DNA of 64,000 bases from an uncultured Gammaproteobacteria bacterium (GTDB lineage: Bacteria > Patescibacteriota > Microgenomatia > UBA8517): positions 8,421 to 72,420 of the forward strand of contig CAYSAY010000004.1 of assembly GCA_964429215.1 (NCBI GenBank), written 5' to 3'. Made by a program: the position numbers and the translations under genes. A model generated the notes under the pieces. That model saw only the letters and a program-made list of their open reading frames with translations, ran no database searches and was not told where the DNA came from. Below are positions 30,001 to 38,229 of this stretch, piece by piece (position 1 is the stretch's first letter; each line of letters opens with the position of its first letter).

Positions 30001-33000
30001 TTATCTATTGCATACGAACCAGAGGCAATAGAAGAGTTTAATCTAATACCAGTATAACTCCAATCTGCAGAGGCTGAATTTTTCGAAGATGTCATGGTCA
30101 ATCCACGCCAAAGATTACTACCACCCTCTTTGTACTCGAATTTATCTAAGAAGCTATGGCTAGAATAGGTAGTACTGTTTGGTGCAGTAAAACCTTGAAG
30201 ATGGAGATTGGCGGCTGGAGCTGTGACTCCTATTCCAACATAACCTAAATCAGTCCCCGCACCACCTTTGATTGTCATCCTTGTAGCATTAGTATCACCG
30301 GTTGAGACCGTGACATCGTCTGTAGATGTGCCACCAGCCAGTACTAATCCTCCACCAGTTGAGTTAACTGTGTACGAACCAGTTCCTATACTAGTATTTG
30401 TGTAGTTGCCGACCGATACATGTTGCAAGGTAATTCCATCAGTTCTACCTGCGCCAACTAATCTAAAATCATCATCTCCAACCACATCTAATTGATAATT
30501 AGGTAAATTTGTTCCAACGCCAACTCTGCCTGCGTTTGTAATAACAAACTTTGGTGTACCTGAAGCACTGGCTGTAAACAAATCTCCCGCTTTGGTTTGG
30601 TTTACTATTAATGCAGCGTGACCTACATTTCCACCTGCGGGATTTTCTATTACCCAGTTTGTTGCTGTTAAATAATTAGCAAGTGTCGTTGGTGTTGCTG
30701 AAAATGTAATTGTAGATGCCCCCGCTGAATTTGCCAGAATTCCACCATCCATAAAGAGTGTGCCATCAATCTCGAGATCTTGTAATAATAAGTCGTTTGA
30801 TGCACTAATGTTTCCACCATGCGCTGTAGTTGCGATTCCTAACCTTGAATAAGTAGCGGCAGTTGTACCTCCAACTTGAAGAACTCCAGATATAGCTAAA
30901 TCATCACTTATATCAACTTCATCAGTTCCATCAGAAATAGCACCTCCTGAAAATGTTAAATTCCCAGCATTAATAACTGCTGAATTACCTAGATCTATTC
31001 CTGCAGTTGTAAATGTTCCTGAAAGAACTATACCTTTGTTTATAGTTCCTGTTGTATCAGCAATATCTATTCCATTTGTGATATTTCCTACAGTGTTTGA
31101 AATGTGTATTGCGTCCGTTATTCCTGAGTTTCCTGCACTATCAATTAACAATGCATCAGTTACTGCAGTTGTTCCTCCTACTGTTGTATCTAATTGTTGT
31201 AGTTTAAGTAGACTTTCAGTTGCAGTATCAGTAAATAATCCAACCACAGCATTATTAATTACTAAACCATTTTGATTAGTAGCAGATCCACCATTGTTAT
31301 TTATATTAAAAGTAAATGCATCAAGTGCTCCTGTTGGTGTCCATCCAAAGGTTGTTGGATTCACTCCCATTGCTAGAGTTAAAGAGGTGGATGGAGCTGT
31401 TAATTGATCCCATCTTAAAGCAGAGGCTGTAATCCCAACAGTACATGTCAATGTTCCTGTTGCATTAGCCACAGTACAACCAGTACTTCCAGATCCACCA
31501 CCTATTAAAATATCACCAGTTGCAGTTCCATTTAAGTTGAGTGCTCCTGAACCTTTTCCATCGATGGACATTGCGACATTTGTATCGGATCCAAATGCGG
31601 TTTGAGCAACTGTATTACCAGTTGCAGATGGCGTAAAAGTAAATCCGTTAGCTGCTGTTCCCGAAACTCTGGCTAAATTAAATACAGGTATACCTGACTG
31701 GGATGCTGTTAATATATTTTGGTTACCAGTTTCGTTGAAGATGGCAAGAGCTTTACCTGTTGAAATACCGTTGACATGTAGTTTGGATGTCGGACCTGTT
31801 GTCCCAATTCCTACATAACCATTATATTGGATAGTCAATCTTGCATCAGAAACATCTGCGTTTGACGAATCACCAGTACCATCAACAGTAAGGTGAAGAC
31901 TGCCTAGTCCAAAACCAACCGCCGTGTTTTCGAATATAATTCCTGCCTTTGCATAAGAATCTGAGGGTTGGGCCAAAGTTCTAAATCTCATACCTACAGC
32001 AGTTCCTGATCCTCCTGCATTTGCGGGGTTATCAAGTGTTAAGGCGTTGACAAACGCAGTCGTTGCTGGTGTTGAAACATGTAATGGTGATGCAGAGATT
32101 CTACTACCAATACCAACCCTACCAAGTGTTAATTCTGAAACTCCAAGTGTCGATGGGTAGGCTATTGTCCCTGTTGTTCCTGTGTCTAAATATGGTGTTG
32201 CAGTATCTGACCAGTATTGGTCTTGTGCTGCTGTTGATCTTCCATATATTCTATATGCGGTGAAGCCTGTTATGTCTGTCCATGCGACGGAGCAAGATCC
32301 TGTAGATCCAGTTGTAACTGTGCTAGAAGTTTCTGATGAAGCAATTGATTCAAGACCATTTCCGTCTGTGTAACTTACTTTATAATAATATGTACCTGCA
32401 ACAAGTGTTCCTCCTGTATCGGAACATGTAGCTACAACACCTGTAGGGGCTACAAGAGTACGAAGATAAGCACCACCTCCAGTGATTTGTAATGATGAAG
32501 ATGGAGTGGTTGTTCCAATTCCAACATTAGCACCTGAAAAATAAAACGCGTCGCTTGTGTTAAAACCAAATGTTCCTGCATCTGAATCTGTGGCTTCAAA
32601 GTTAAGTGTTGGATTGGCAGATTGATCACCGCCAAATAAAAATGTTCCTAAAGATTCATCAATAGAAAATATGGAGGCGGCAAGTGTTGTGCCACCTATG
32701 GCAAAGTCATTTGTTGTCGTCGTTGGTGATATTACTGCTGATGCAAGTGACCAGATTGAAGATCCTCCACCCGTCGTTATCGCAGCGTCTAAATCATCTA
32801 GAACATCCTGAACAGTAGTTGAAGCACTATTATCAAATTCGTCGAATGCACCGATTAAAGATGCTCCAGATGTGATATTGGTTGACCCAACATCGTTTAA
32901 GCCAATTGCTCCAATCGTTAAATCTGTGCCTGTTGCCAAGGTAAGACCTCCACCTGATGTAAAATCAGTGCCTGCGGCACCAATATTTGTAATAATTGAG

Positions 33001-34820
33001 TTTCCAGCATCTATTCCAGCAGTTGTAAATGTTCCAGAAAGTACAATACCTTTATCAATTGTTCCAGTAGTATCAGCAATATCAATTGCATTTGTAATAT
33101 TTCCTACGGTATTTGAAATATGAATTGCGTCCGTTATTCCAGAATTTCCTGCAGAATCAATTAATAATGCGTCTGTAACAGCAGTTGTACCAGTTCCTGT
33201 AGTGTCTAATTGTTGAAGTTTAAGTAATGATTCAGTAGCAACATCAGTAAATGCTCCTACAACTGCATTATTTATCACAAGTCCATTTTGTGCTGTTGTA
33301 GATCCACCATTATTGTTTACATTCATTGTAAATGCATCTAATGCTCCTGTTGGTGTCCATCCAAAGGTTGTTGGATTCACTCCCATTGCTAGAGTTAAAG
33401 CCCCATCAGGAGCCGTCAAGGCATTCCATTTTGATGTAGTAGCAAAAGTAGAGAAGTCAGTTACACAGTTTGTTTCTCCATCTCCTGTACAGAATTTTCC
33501 AGCTTCTACCGTGTCATCTGTTACTGCATTATTGTAAAGTGAGATTCCTGATGAAACATATAAATCTGCTCCAACTGTGGTAAGTCCTGTTGAATCAACT
33601 GAAAATTTGGAAGTAGGGGAAACACCACTTAAAAAATTAATAAAATTATAACCACTGGCTGCACTTGCAACTGTTCCAGAATAAAGAGAACCAGAAGTTA
33701 TGTTTGCATTAGTTGCATTTACGAATCCATTTGCAGATAGCCCAGGAGCTGCACCTTCAAAAGTTAAATCGAGTGTTCCAACACCATCTGGATTAATTGT
33801 TACCACACCATTACTTGTGTTTGGTGTGCTGATTGTCATTGCTAAGCCTTCAACTGCAAAAGTTCCAGAAGTTGATTGTAATTTTGGAGATGCGTTAGCA
33901 AGAACAAGTGTTCCTGAAGAATTTATGTAAGGTATTGTAGAAGTTCCTGTACCTGCTGGGAAGCCTTGAAGTGTTTCAGAGTTTAAAGCATAGGCAACTG
34001 TAGCAATCTGTATCCTAGGGGTCGCTTCTGCATCAGCCGCAACTGTAACTCCTACCCAGACTGCAGAGTTTTCAGAGAATACTGATGAAGCAATTTCAGC
34101 TCCACAGCTAGAACCTAAAAGAGTTGAAAATATTCCATCTTGATCAGGTGTTATGGAACAAGTTCCAGAGTTCCAAAGAGTAGTTCCACCTGAACTTGCA
34201 TCATATAACCTAAAAACTACGTTTGTGGCAGTTGTAATTGGGTTACCAACATTACTTGTCAGTCTTCCTTGAAAAGATAAAAATCTATTAGGTCTGGTTA
34301 ATGCTGCAGGGAAAGCAAGTGATCTATCAGCTGAATAAAAGACTTGATCATAGAAGGCATAACCAGATACTGAAGTGAATAGGATTAATATAGCTATGTG
34401 AATGTAAGTAGCCAAAGGATATGAGTGATATTTTTTGTACCAGTTTGGTCTTGTAAAGAACACTTTGAACAAAGCATTTTTAATTTTTGGTTTAGTCTCA
34501 AATTTTGCCAAAATTCTATCTTGCCATGACTTAATTATCTTCTTGTAGCTAGAAACGTTTTCAACACCTTCCATAAAGTTGTGTCCCATAAAGCTTGAAT
34601 AGCTACGAAGTGTAGAAAGCCTTCTGTTAAGTGTGGAAAGTGGGGTAGTTAATTTCTCAGTCTCAATATATTCTGTAACTAAGCTTCTGTCGATCTTTCT
34701 ATCCTTTGAAAAGTGTAAGAAATTGACGATATCAGACTTGTAATACTTCAAAGACTTCTGTGAAACACCACGAAGACTTAAATATTTCAAAAACTCTTCA
34801 ATTTTGTTTGTGGCAGTCAT
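27087..34820 (-). CDS. 2577-aa giant protein: N-terminal integrase-type SAM-like domain, one TM helix, huge Thr/Gly/Ala-rich fibre region with GNVGIGTTxPxxKL tail-fibre repeats, Peptidase_S74 intramolecular chaperone domain, ~290-aa C-terminal extension
   Basis: N-terminus IEEFLKYLSLRGVSQKSLKYYKSDIVNFLHFS...LSTLNRRLSTLRSYSSFM resembles the XerD N-terminal SAM-like fold. TM helix is YPLATYIHIAILILFTSVSGYAFY. Chaperone domain is LSDARLKTNITSITDNLELVQQLKPVRFTWNGEYNTGDANSLGFLAQDVEQIFPELVITDTAGYKNLDYSKLTAVLAGAIQELDRKIE. Confidence 0.75.
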   Translation of the reverse strand: MTATNKIEEFLKYLSLRGVSQKSLKYYKSDIVNFLHFSKDRKIDRSLVTEYIETEKLTTPLSTLNRRLSTLRSYSSFMGHNFMEGVENVSSYKKIIKSWQDRILAKFETKPKIKNALFKVFFTRPNWYKKYHSYPLATYIHIAILILFTSVSGYAFYDQVFYSADRSLAFPAALTRPNRFLSFQGRLTSNVGNPITTATNVVFRLYDASSGGTTLWNSGTCSITPDQDGIFSTLLGSSCGAEIASSVFSENSAVWVGVTVAADAEATPRIQIATVAYALNSETLQGFPAGTGTSTIPYINSSGTLVLANASPKLQSTSGTFAVEGLAMTISTPNTSNGVVTINPDGVGTLDLTFEGAAPGLSANGFVNATNANITSGSLYSGTVASAASGYNFINFLSGVSPTSKFSVDSTGLTTVGADLYVSSGISLYNNAVTDDTVEAGKFCTGDGETNCVTDFSTFATTSKWNALTAPDGALTLAMGVNPTTFGWTPTGALDAFTMNVNNNGGSTTAQNGLVINNAVVGAFTDVATESLLKLQQLDTTGTGTTAVTDALLIDSAGNSGITDAIHISNTVGNITNAIDIADTTGTIDKGIVLSGTFTTAGIDAGNSIITNIGAAGTDFTSGGGLTLATGTDLTIGAIGLNDVGSTNITSGASLIGAFDEFDNSASTTVQDVLDDLDAAITTGGGSSIWSLASAVISPTTTTNDFAIGGTTLAASIFSIDESLGTFLFGGDQSANPTLNFEATDSDAGTFGFNTSDAFYFSGANVGIGTTTPSSSLQITGGGAYLRTLVAPTGVVATCSDTGGTLVAGTYYYKVSYTDGNGLESIASSETSSTVTTGSTGSCSVAWTDITGFTAYRIYGRSTAAQDQYWSDTATPYLDTGTTGTIAYPSTLGVSELTLGRVGIGSRISASPLHVSTPATTAFVNALTLDNPANAGGSGTAVGMRFRTLAQPSDSYAKAGIIFENTAVGFGLGSLHLTVDGTGDSSNADVSDARLTIQYNGYVGIGTTGPTSKLHVNGISTGKALAIFNETGNQNILTASQSGIPVFNLARVSGTAANGFTFTPSATGNTVAQTAFGSDTNVAMSIDGKGSGALNLNGTATGDILIGGGSGSTGCTVANATGTLTCTVGITASALRWDQLTAPSTSLTLAMGVNPTTFGWTPTGALDAFTFNINNNGGSATNQNGLVINNAVVGLFTDTATESLLKLQQLDTTVGGTTAVTDALLIDSAGNSGITDAIHISNTVGNITNGIDIADTTGTINKGIVLSGTFTTAGIDLGNSAVINAGNLTFSGGAISDGTDEVDISDDLAISGVLQVGGTTAATYSRLGIATTAHGGNISASNDLLLQDLEIDGTLFMDGGILANSAGASTITFSATPTTLANYLTATNWVIENPAGGNVGHAALIVNQTKAGDLFTASASGTPKFVITNAGRVGVGTNLPNYQLDVVGDDDFRLVGAGRTDGITLQHVSVGNYTNTSIGTGSYTVNSTGGGLVLAGGTSTDDVTVSTGDTNATRMTIKGGAGTDLGYVGIGVTAPAANLHLQGFTAPNSTTYSSHSFLDKFEYKEGGSNLWRGLTMTSSKNSASADWSYTGIRLNSSIASGSYAIDNGYNNLSWIEFGTSGTSGYSGDIRFGTGNSATNERMRIDSTGNVGIGTTAPGGKLVVSQVTSDAIILRLSNASDTSGFDFTRISATGALSIQGNQTGFNNILLAPTSGNVGIGITAPDQLVTVANAANKSGFNLRQSTTNEGLYLTSDGGGQALISGGAEYTGTAITDANAWTFRAAGGASGIWQSGGAISFHTDSTTAIGNTFTPSYRMTINNSGNVGIGTTTPTQKLNLKNGHLRFDQVDAPGAPTVAVNATAGNLNGAYYYRISFVTAVGETESGIVSSVVSPVNQQVNLSAIPVSADTSVTSRKIYRSTAGGLNSLLALVATIADNTTTTYTDNIADASLGVKEPRVNTTGGVIYNGTTRAGIIDPGTTALGLNALSVNTGWHNTAVGINTLLSNTTGYQNTAIGLNALYNITTGYYNDAIGVNAGRYISGGATANQTSNTSLYLGNSTKALANGDTNEIVIGYNATGLGTNTVVLGNTSIGTTALRGNVGIGVTSPGSKLQITGSSSVYNGSSMLGLTTGTGTSTDESLFFGVHDGDYSWIQAMKPGTAYRDIALNPNAGNVGVGDTTPDRLFDVKGNVCLDLNADEACTDNTAALSDARLKTNITSITDNLELVQQLKPVRFTWNGEYNTGDANSLGFLAQDVEQIFPELVITDTAGYKNLDYSKLTAVLAGAIQELDRKIESMKTSEIISPIANTDLIIDLQPDDSQTASKLVIKGDNNEEVAVIDGAGNAEFAGDATISGTLYANQIESERLDEIEALLAEVEGNQALFAEAINWSTDTATSSATISDVIASNLFVTGNATVTSLFVAENLTAKSLDSIDGTLSIQSLAIAPIEIMAGKIKIDTDGNALFTGNLEVAGNLKVLGNLIIGSNTTDIATESATIIEGQINSNSIAGTAILTANTTELKIINNKVKTNSLIYVTPVSSTQNKVLYVKSKDLNEFTIGFNEAIDTDVEFNWWIIDLN
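30930..31420 (-). repeat. internal long direct repeat, copy B, of the giant gene
   Basis: Near-identical DNA to 32940..33430 at a constant 2010-bp offset; encodes RWDQLTAPSTSLTLAMGVNPTTFGWTPTGALDAFTFNINNNGG... Confidence 0.7.
32940..33430 (-). repeat. internal long direct repeat, copy A, of the giant gene
   Basis: e.g. ggtgtccatccaaaggttgttggattcactcccattgctagagttaaag is present in both copies. Confidence 0.7.
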
Positions 34821-35210
34821 TTTCCGCGTTCTTTTCTTTAGCCTCGAATTATATACATTATACCGAGGTATACTAATATTAATATATACATGGGGTATGT
34901 CAACCCCGATTTAATCGGGGTCAAGAGGCTAAATAAATTTATTGTAAATAATTACAAATACATAGTTTCACACAACTTATAACAAAATTACCGCAAGCTA
35001 ATTTATCGACTTAAATATATCAGACAGTACCAAGTACATAGTGCATAGTACAAAGATAATCATCTATAGGTTGTAAATTTACGTGCCTGAGCTCTCAAAA
35101 AATCACAAATGCGGTAATTTGCGGAGAATAAAAATGGCGTTTATTAATTACTTCAAGAGTGCGGAAATCATTTTTTAACTGAAGAATATGAGGAATATAA
35201 TGTAGGTGAT

Positions 35211-35254
35211 ATAAAGGTCAGACCTTTATATAGTGCTTCAGAAGGTCTGACCTT
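35211..35254. promoter_or_regulatory. two related palindromes ATAAAGGTC-A-GACCTTTAT (35211..35229) and AAGGTC-T-GACCTT (35242..35254), upstream of gene 35384
   Basis: Read directly; shared half-site AAGGTC/GACCTT. Confidence 0.4.
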
Positions 35255-35383
35255 TGTAATTAAATTTGAATATAAATTATTAACTATGAGTAATTTTTGA
35301 TTCGTAAGTTAGCAATTAAAAAGTTTCGGTGCCAGGCTTATTTTACTATTGTTTTGTCCCAAATTTATGAGTATATTTAATAC

Positions 35384-35830
35384 ATGGAGCACGAAGAAGT
35401 AAAAAAAGAGAAAAATTACATTTGGCCTGTAGTAATTATACTAATACTACTACTTATCATGGGTCTCGTCATCTATTATCTGAAGTTTGCTGTTTTTTTA
35501 ACTCCTAAGGCAGATACTCCAAATTTAACTAACTCAATTTCGGTAAATAATTCATATATTTTTGCATCGCCCGTACGAGCAAGTGTTGATGGAGATTTAA
35601 TTAGAGTTACAGTATTTTTACTAGATGAAACAGGTTATGGTGTATTTGATAAAGAAGTTAAATTATCTAATAGTAATAGCTCAATTGTGGTTAATAATGT
35701 TCAAAGTTTGACTGACGATACTGGTAAAGCGATTTTTGACATTTCAGGAAAAAGTGCAGGAACGTATTTTCTTGAAGCTACAGTTGAAAATATAACACTT
35801 CCTCAAAGAGTTAAGATGGTTTTTTACTAG
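35384..35830 (+). CDS. membrane-anchored protein with Ig-like extracellular domain
   Basis: N-terminal TM helix, beta-rich C-terminal domain. Confidence 0.4.
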   Translation: MEHEEVKKEKNYIWPVVIILILLLIMGLVIYYLKFAVFLTPKADTPNLTNSISVNNSYIFASPVRASVDGDLIRVTVFLLDETGYGVFDKEVKLSNSNSSIVVNNVQSLTDDTGKAIFDISGKSAGTYFLEATVENITLPQRVKMVFY

Positions 35831-35831
35831 T

Positions 35832-36809
35832 ATGTTTAATTTACTTGCAGAAGTTGATGTCACAGCACAGATCGGTGCTGTAGTAGGGCCTACAGCTACC
35901 CCGACTGGGTCGGGGCAAGCAGCAACTCCGATACCAACATCAATCCCAACATTTAAACCTGTTTTTACACCTATTCCAACATTTACCCCGATTCAATCGG
36001 GGCCAACAATAGTTCCAGAAAAGCAGTTCAGAAAAGGATCATTTGCAATATATGGTTATGGCCCTGTTAATTCTGAAGTTAATTTAAATGGAATTGGGGT
36101 ATCTGCCAAAACAACTAGTGATAGCCAAGGATTTTTTGTGTTTAGCCCAATTTACTCTACATCTGCATTTTATCCTGAGCTTTGTATCCAAGCAGTTGAT
36201 AAGGATAAAAAAACAACTCAGCCTTCTTGCATTCCTGCTTTTCCTGCTACAAATAAACTTCCTTCTGTCGTTGGTCCTGTACTTCTTTCTCCTACCATAT
36301 CGCTTAGCAACAACAAAGTAGTTGTAGGAAGTAGTGCACATGCTTCAGGCATGACAATTCCAAATGCAGAAGTAGATATATATATAGCCAAAAAGGATCA
36401 AAGGCTATCACTTGTCAAGACTGCCAATGCCTATTACATACCAACAATAAAAACAAAGTCAAACGATGAAGGTCAATTTGAAATTAGTTTGCCAACAGGG
36501 GAGATATCAGGGGCAAATTTTCAGGCAGAATATAAAATTTTCGTTTCTAATAAATATGGTGAGGACTTGTCTTCAAAAAGTAACACCTTAAGTTTTGCTG
36601 TTATAACCTCTGCAAAGTCACTACTAGAAAGAATAATAGAATACTTAATAGCAAATAAAATAAGAGTGGTAGTGTTACTTGAGGCAATGGTAGCTATAAT
36701 TCTTGGTTTGATGGCCTTAAAATCAACTACACATCGCCACAAAAAGCATTCTGAAAAGGATTATGACGAAGTTGAATCTCATTTGGAGCAGTTAAAAAAA
36801 TTATCTTGA
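35832..36809 (+). CDS. Pro/Thr-rich surface protein with C-terminal TM anchor and basic tail
   Basis: ATPTGSGQAATPIPTSIPTFKPVFTPIPTFTPIQ low-complexity region; C-terminal RVVVLLEAMVAIILGLMALK then HRHKKH. Confidence 0.4.
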   Translation: MFNLLAEVDVTAQIGAVVGPTATPTGSGQAATPIPTSIPTFKPVFTPIPTFTPIQSGPTIVPEKQFRKGSFAIYGYGPVNSEVNLNGIGVSAKTTSDSQGFFVFSPIYSTSAFYPELCIQAVDKDKKTTQPSCIPAFPATNKLPSVVGPVLLSPTISLSNNKVVVGSSAHASGMTIPNAEVDIYIAKKDQRLSLVKTANAYYIPTIKTKSNDEGQFEISLPTGEISGANFQAEYKIFVSNKYGEDLSSKSNTLSFAVITSAKSLLERIIEYLIANKIRVVVLLEAMVAIILGLMALKSTTHRHKKHSEKDYDEVESHLEQLKKLS

Positions 36810-37177
36810 AGACTTTGGATAACCTTTTCTTGTGTTGTCTACAAAAATAATAATAGCGACTGCCAATAACACATAATATGTGTATGGGCTATTGATAATT
36901 GATACTATAAATTGTGTCATTTTTTTATTTTGGCAAACCGCATTAAAATAAGCAACAAAATCGCAAAAATAATTCCAAGTATTGTAGCTAAATTGTAAAT
37001 ATCTATTTTTTCCATATATCTATAAATCTCTTGCTAATTTTAATGATATCACGAAAAATATTAATCCATTTAGAACACCTGCAAATGATTTAATTGAATA
37101 ATCTGAATTCGATATAAAGGCAAACACTAGCCAGGCAATAGAGAAGTTGGATGAAAATTCCGAAACTAGTTTCCTTG

Positions 37178-38182
37178 TTACTTAGGTAAATTATCTTTGA
37201 ATTTATTCTTTAGGGCTTCAAGCTCTGAGATTTCTTCTTCAAGTTTTTCTTCAAGTACAACTTGTCTTGCTTTAACCTTTTGTGAGATTAAGAATGCTAC
37301 AAACCCTATGATTAATATTGTAAATATTACAAGTAAGATTACAGTTACAGGAACTATCCAAATAAATCTTGTTTCAGTTAGTGCTTTGCCACTCTCACCA
37401 TAGTTTGCAGTTAATTCAACAGCATATTTACCAAACATCCATTGTTTACCTATTTTTGATTCATAAGCTCTCTTTGCACTAGGGAAAATGTTGTAGTCAT
37501 CAATTGTAACTCTTGAAACTTCTTTACCCATCCAGTCAGTTAGAGTAATTTGACCCTTAGGATTTATGTGGTAACCACCTTGATTTAAGATATCAAAGCT
37601 AACTTTAACTGGTCCGAATTCAAGGAAACTTGGAACTTTAAATTTGTCTATAAATGCGTATTCAACTACTGGTCCATTAACTCTAATGCTCAAAAGTCCA
37701 ACTATTCTAGGTGCTACTGCAGTCTGGCTTCCATCAGCATCTGCTGTCTGTGATAGTTGCCCTGTTTGTTCGAATATAATTGCTACATATTTTCCACCCG
37801 GTTTTGCGTCATTAGGAACTTTAACTTTAAAATTTACCTTTAAAACGTCACCTGATGCAATTGATGCACGGTCATAAGGTAATTCCACCCAATCGTTTGG
37901 TTGGTCTTCAAGTAGGATAGGCGAGCCATCATTTCCTGTAACTATAAAATCAACAGCTTTAATATTTCCTGAAATTGGTGAAATTGATTCGTTAAAAAAC
38001 TTAATCTGTAAATTCTCAGACTTTCCTGGGTCAATAGCTACTGTTTGTCTTGCTGGTGCTACAACTAAAGGAATTCTTGCCTGGGCAAGAGATTCCTTAG
38101 TTAATAATGAAAAGTTAATAGTTAATAATGCAAACACGAAAACTGCAATTGCAATTGTTTTATTGTTTTTTAATTTTTTCAT
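37178..38182 (-). CDS. cell-surface protein: signal peptide, beta-rich ectodomain, C-terminal TM anchor and cytoplasmic coiled coil
   Basis: N-terminal signal, C-terminal WIVPVTVILLVIFTILIIGFVAFLI, then charged coiled coil. Confidence 0.5.
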   Translation of the reverse strand: MKKLKNNKTIAIAVFVFALLTINFSLLTKESLAQARIPLVVAPARQTVAIDPGKSENLQIKFFNESISPISGNIKAVDFIVTGNDGSPILLEDQPNDWVELPYDRASIASGDVLKVNFKVKVPNDAKPGGKYVAIIFEQTGQLSQTADADGSQTAVAPRIVGLLSIRVNGPVVEYAFIDKFKVPSFLEFGPVKVSFDILNQGGYHINPKGQITLTDWMGKEVSRVTIDDYNIFPSAKRAYESKIGKQWMFGKYAVELTANYGESGKALTETRFIWIVPVTVILLVIFTILIIGFVAFLISQKVKARQVVLEEKLEEEISELEALKNKFKDNLPK

Positions 38183-38229
38183 AATTTTTAATTCTTAACT
38201 ATTAATTCTTAATTCTTAATTACCTTCGT

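Noticed and set aside
27403-33930. Numerous 60-115 aa ORFs antisense to or inside the giant genes (e.g. 27403..27744, 31036..31275, 10189..10428, 10450..10740)
   Set aside because: They lie wholly within much longer, better-supported ORFs on the opposite strand or in other frames. Their low-complexity composition mirrors the Thr/Gly-rich sense strand.
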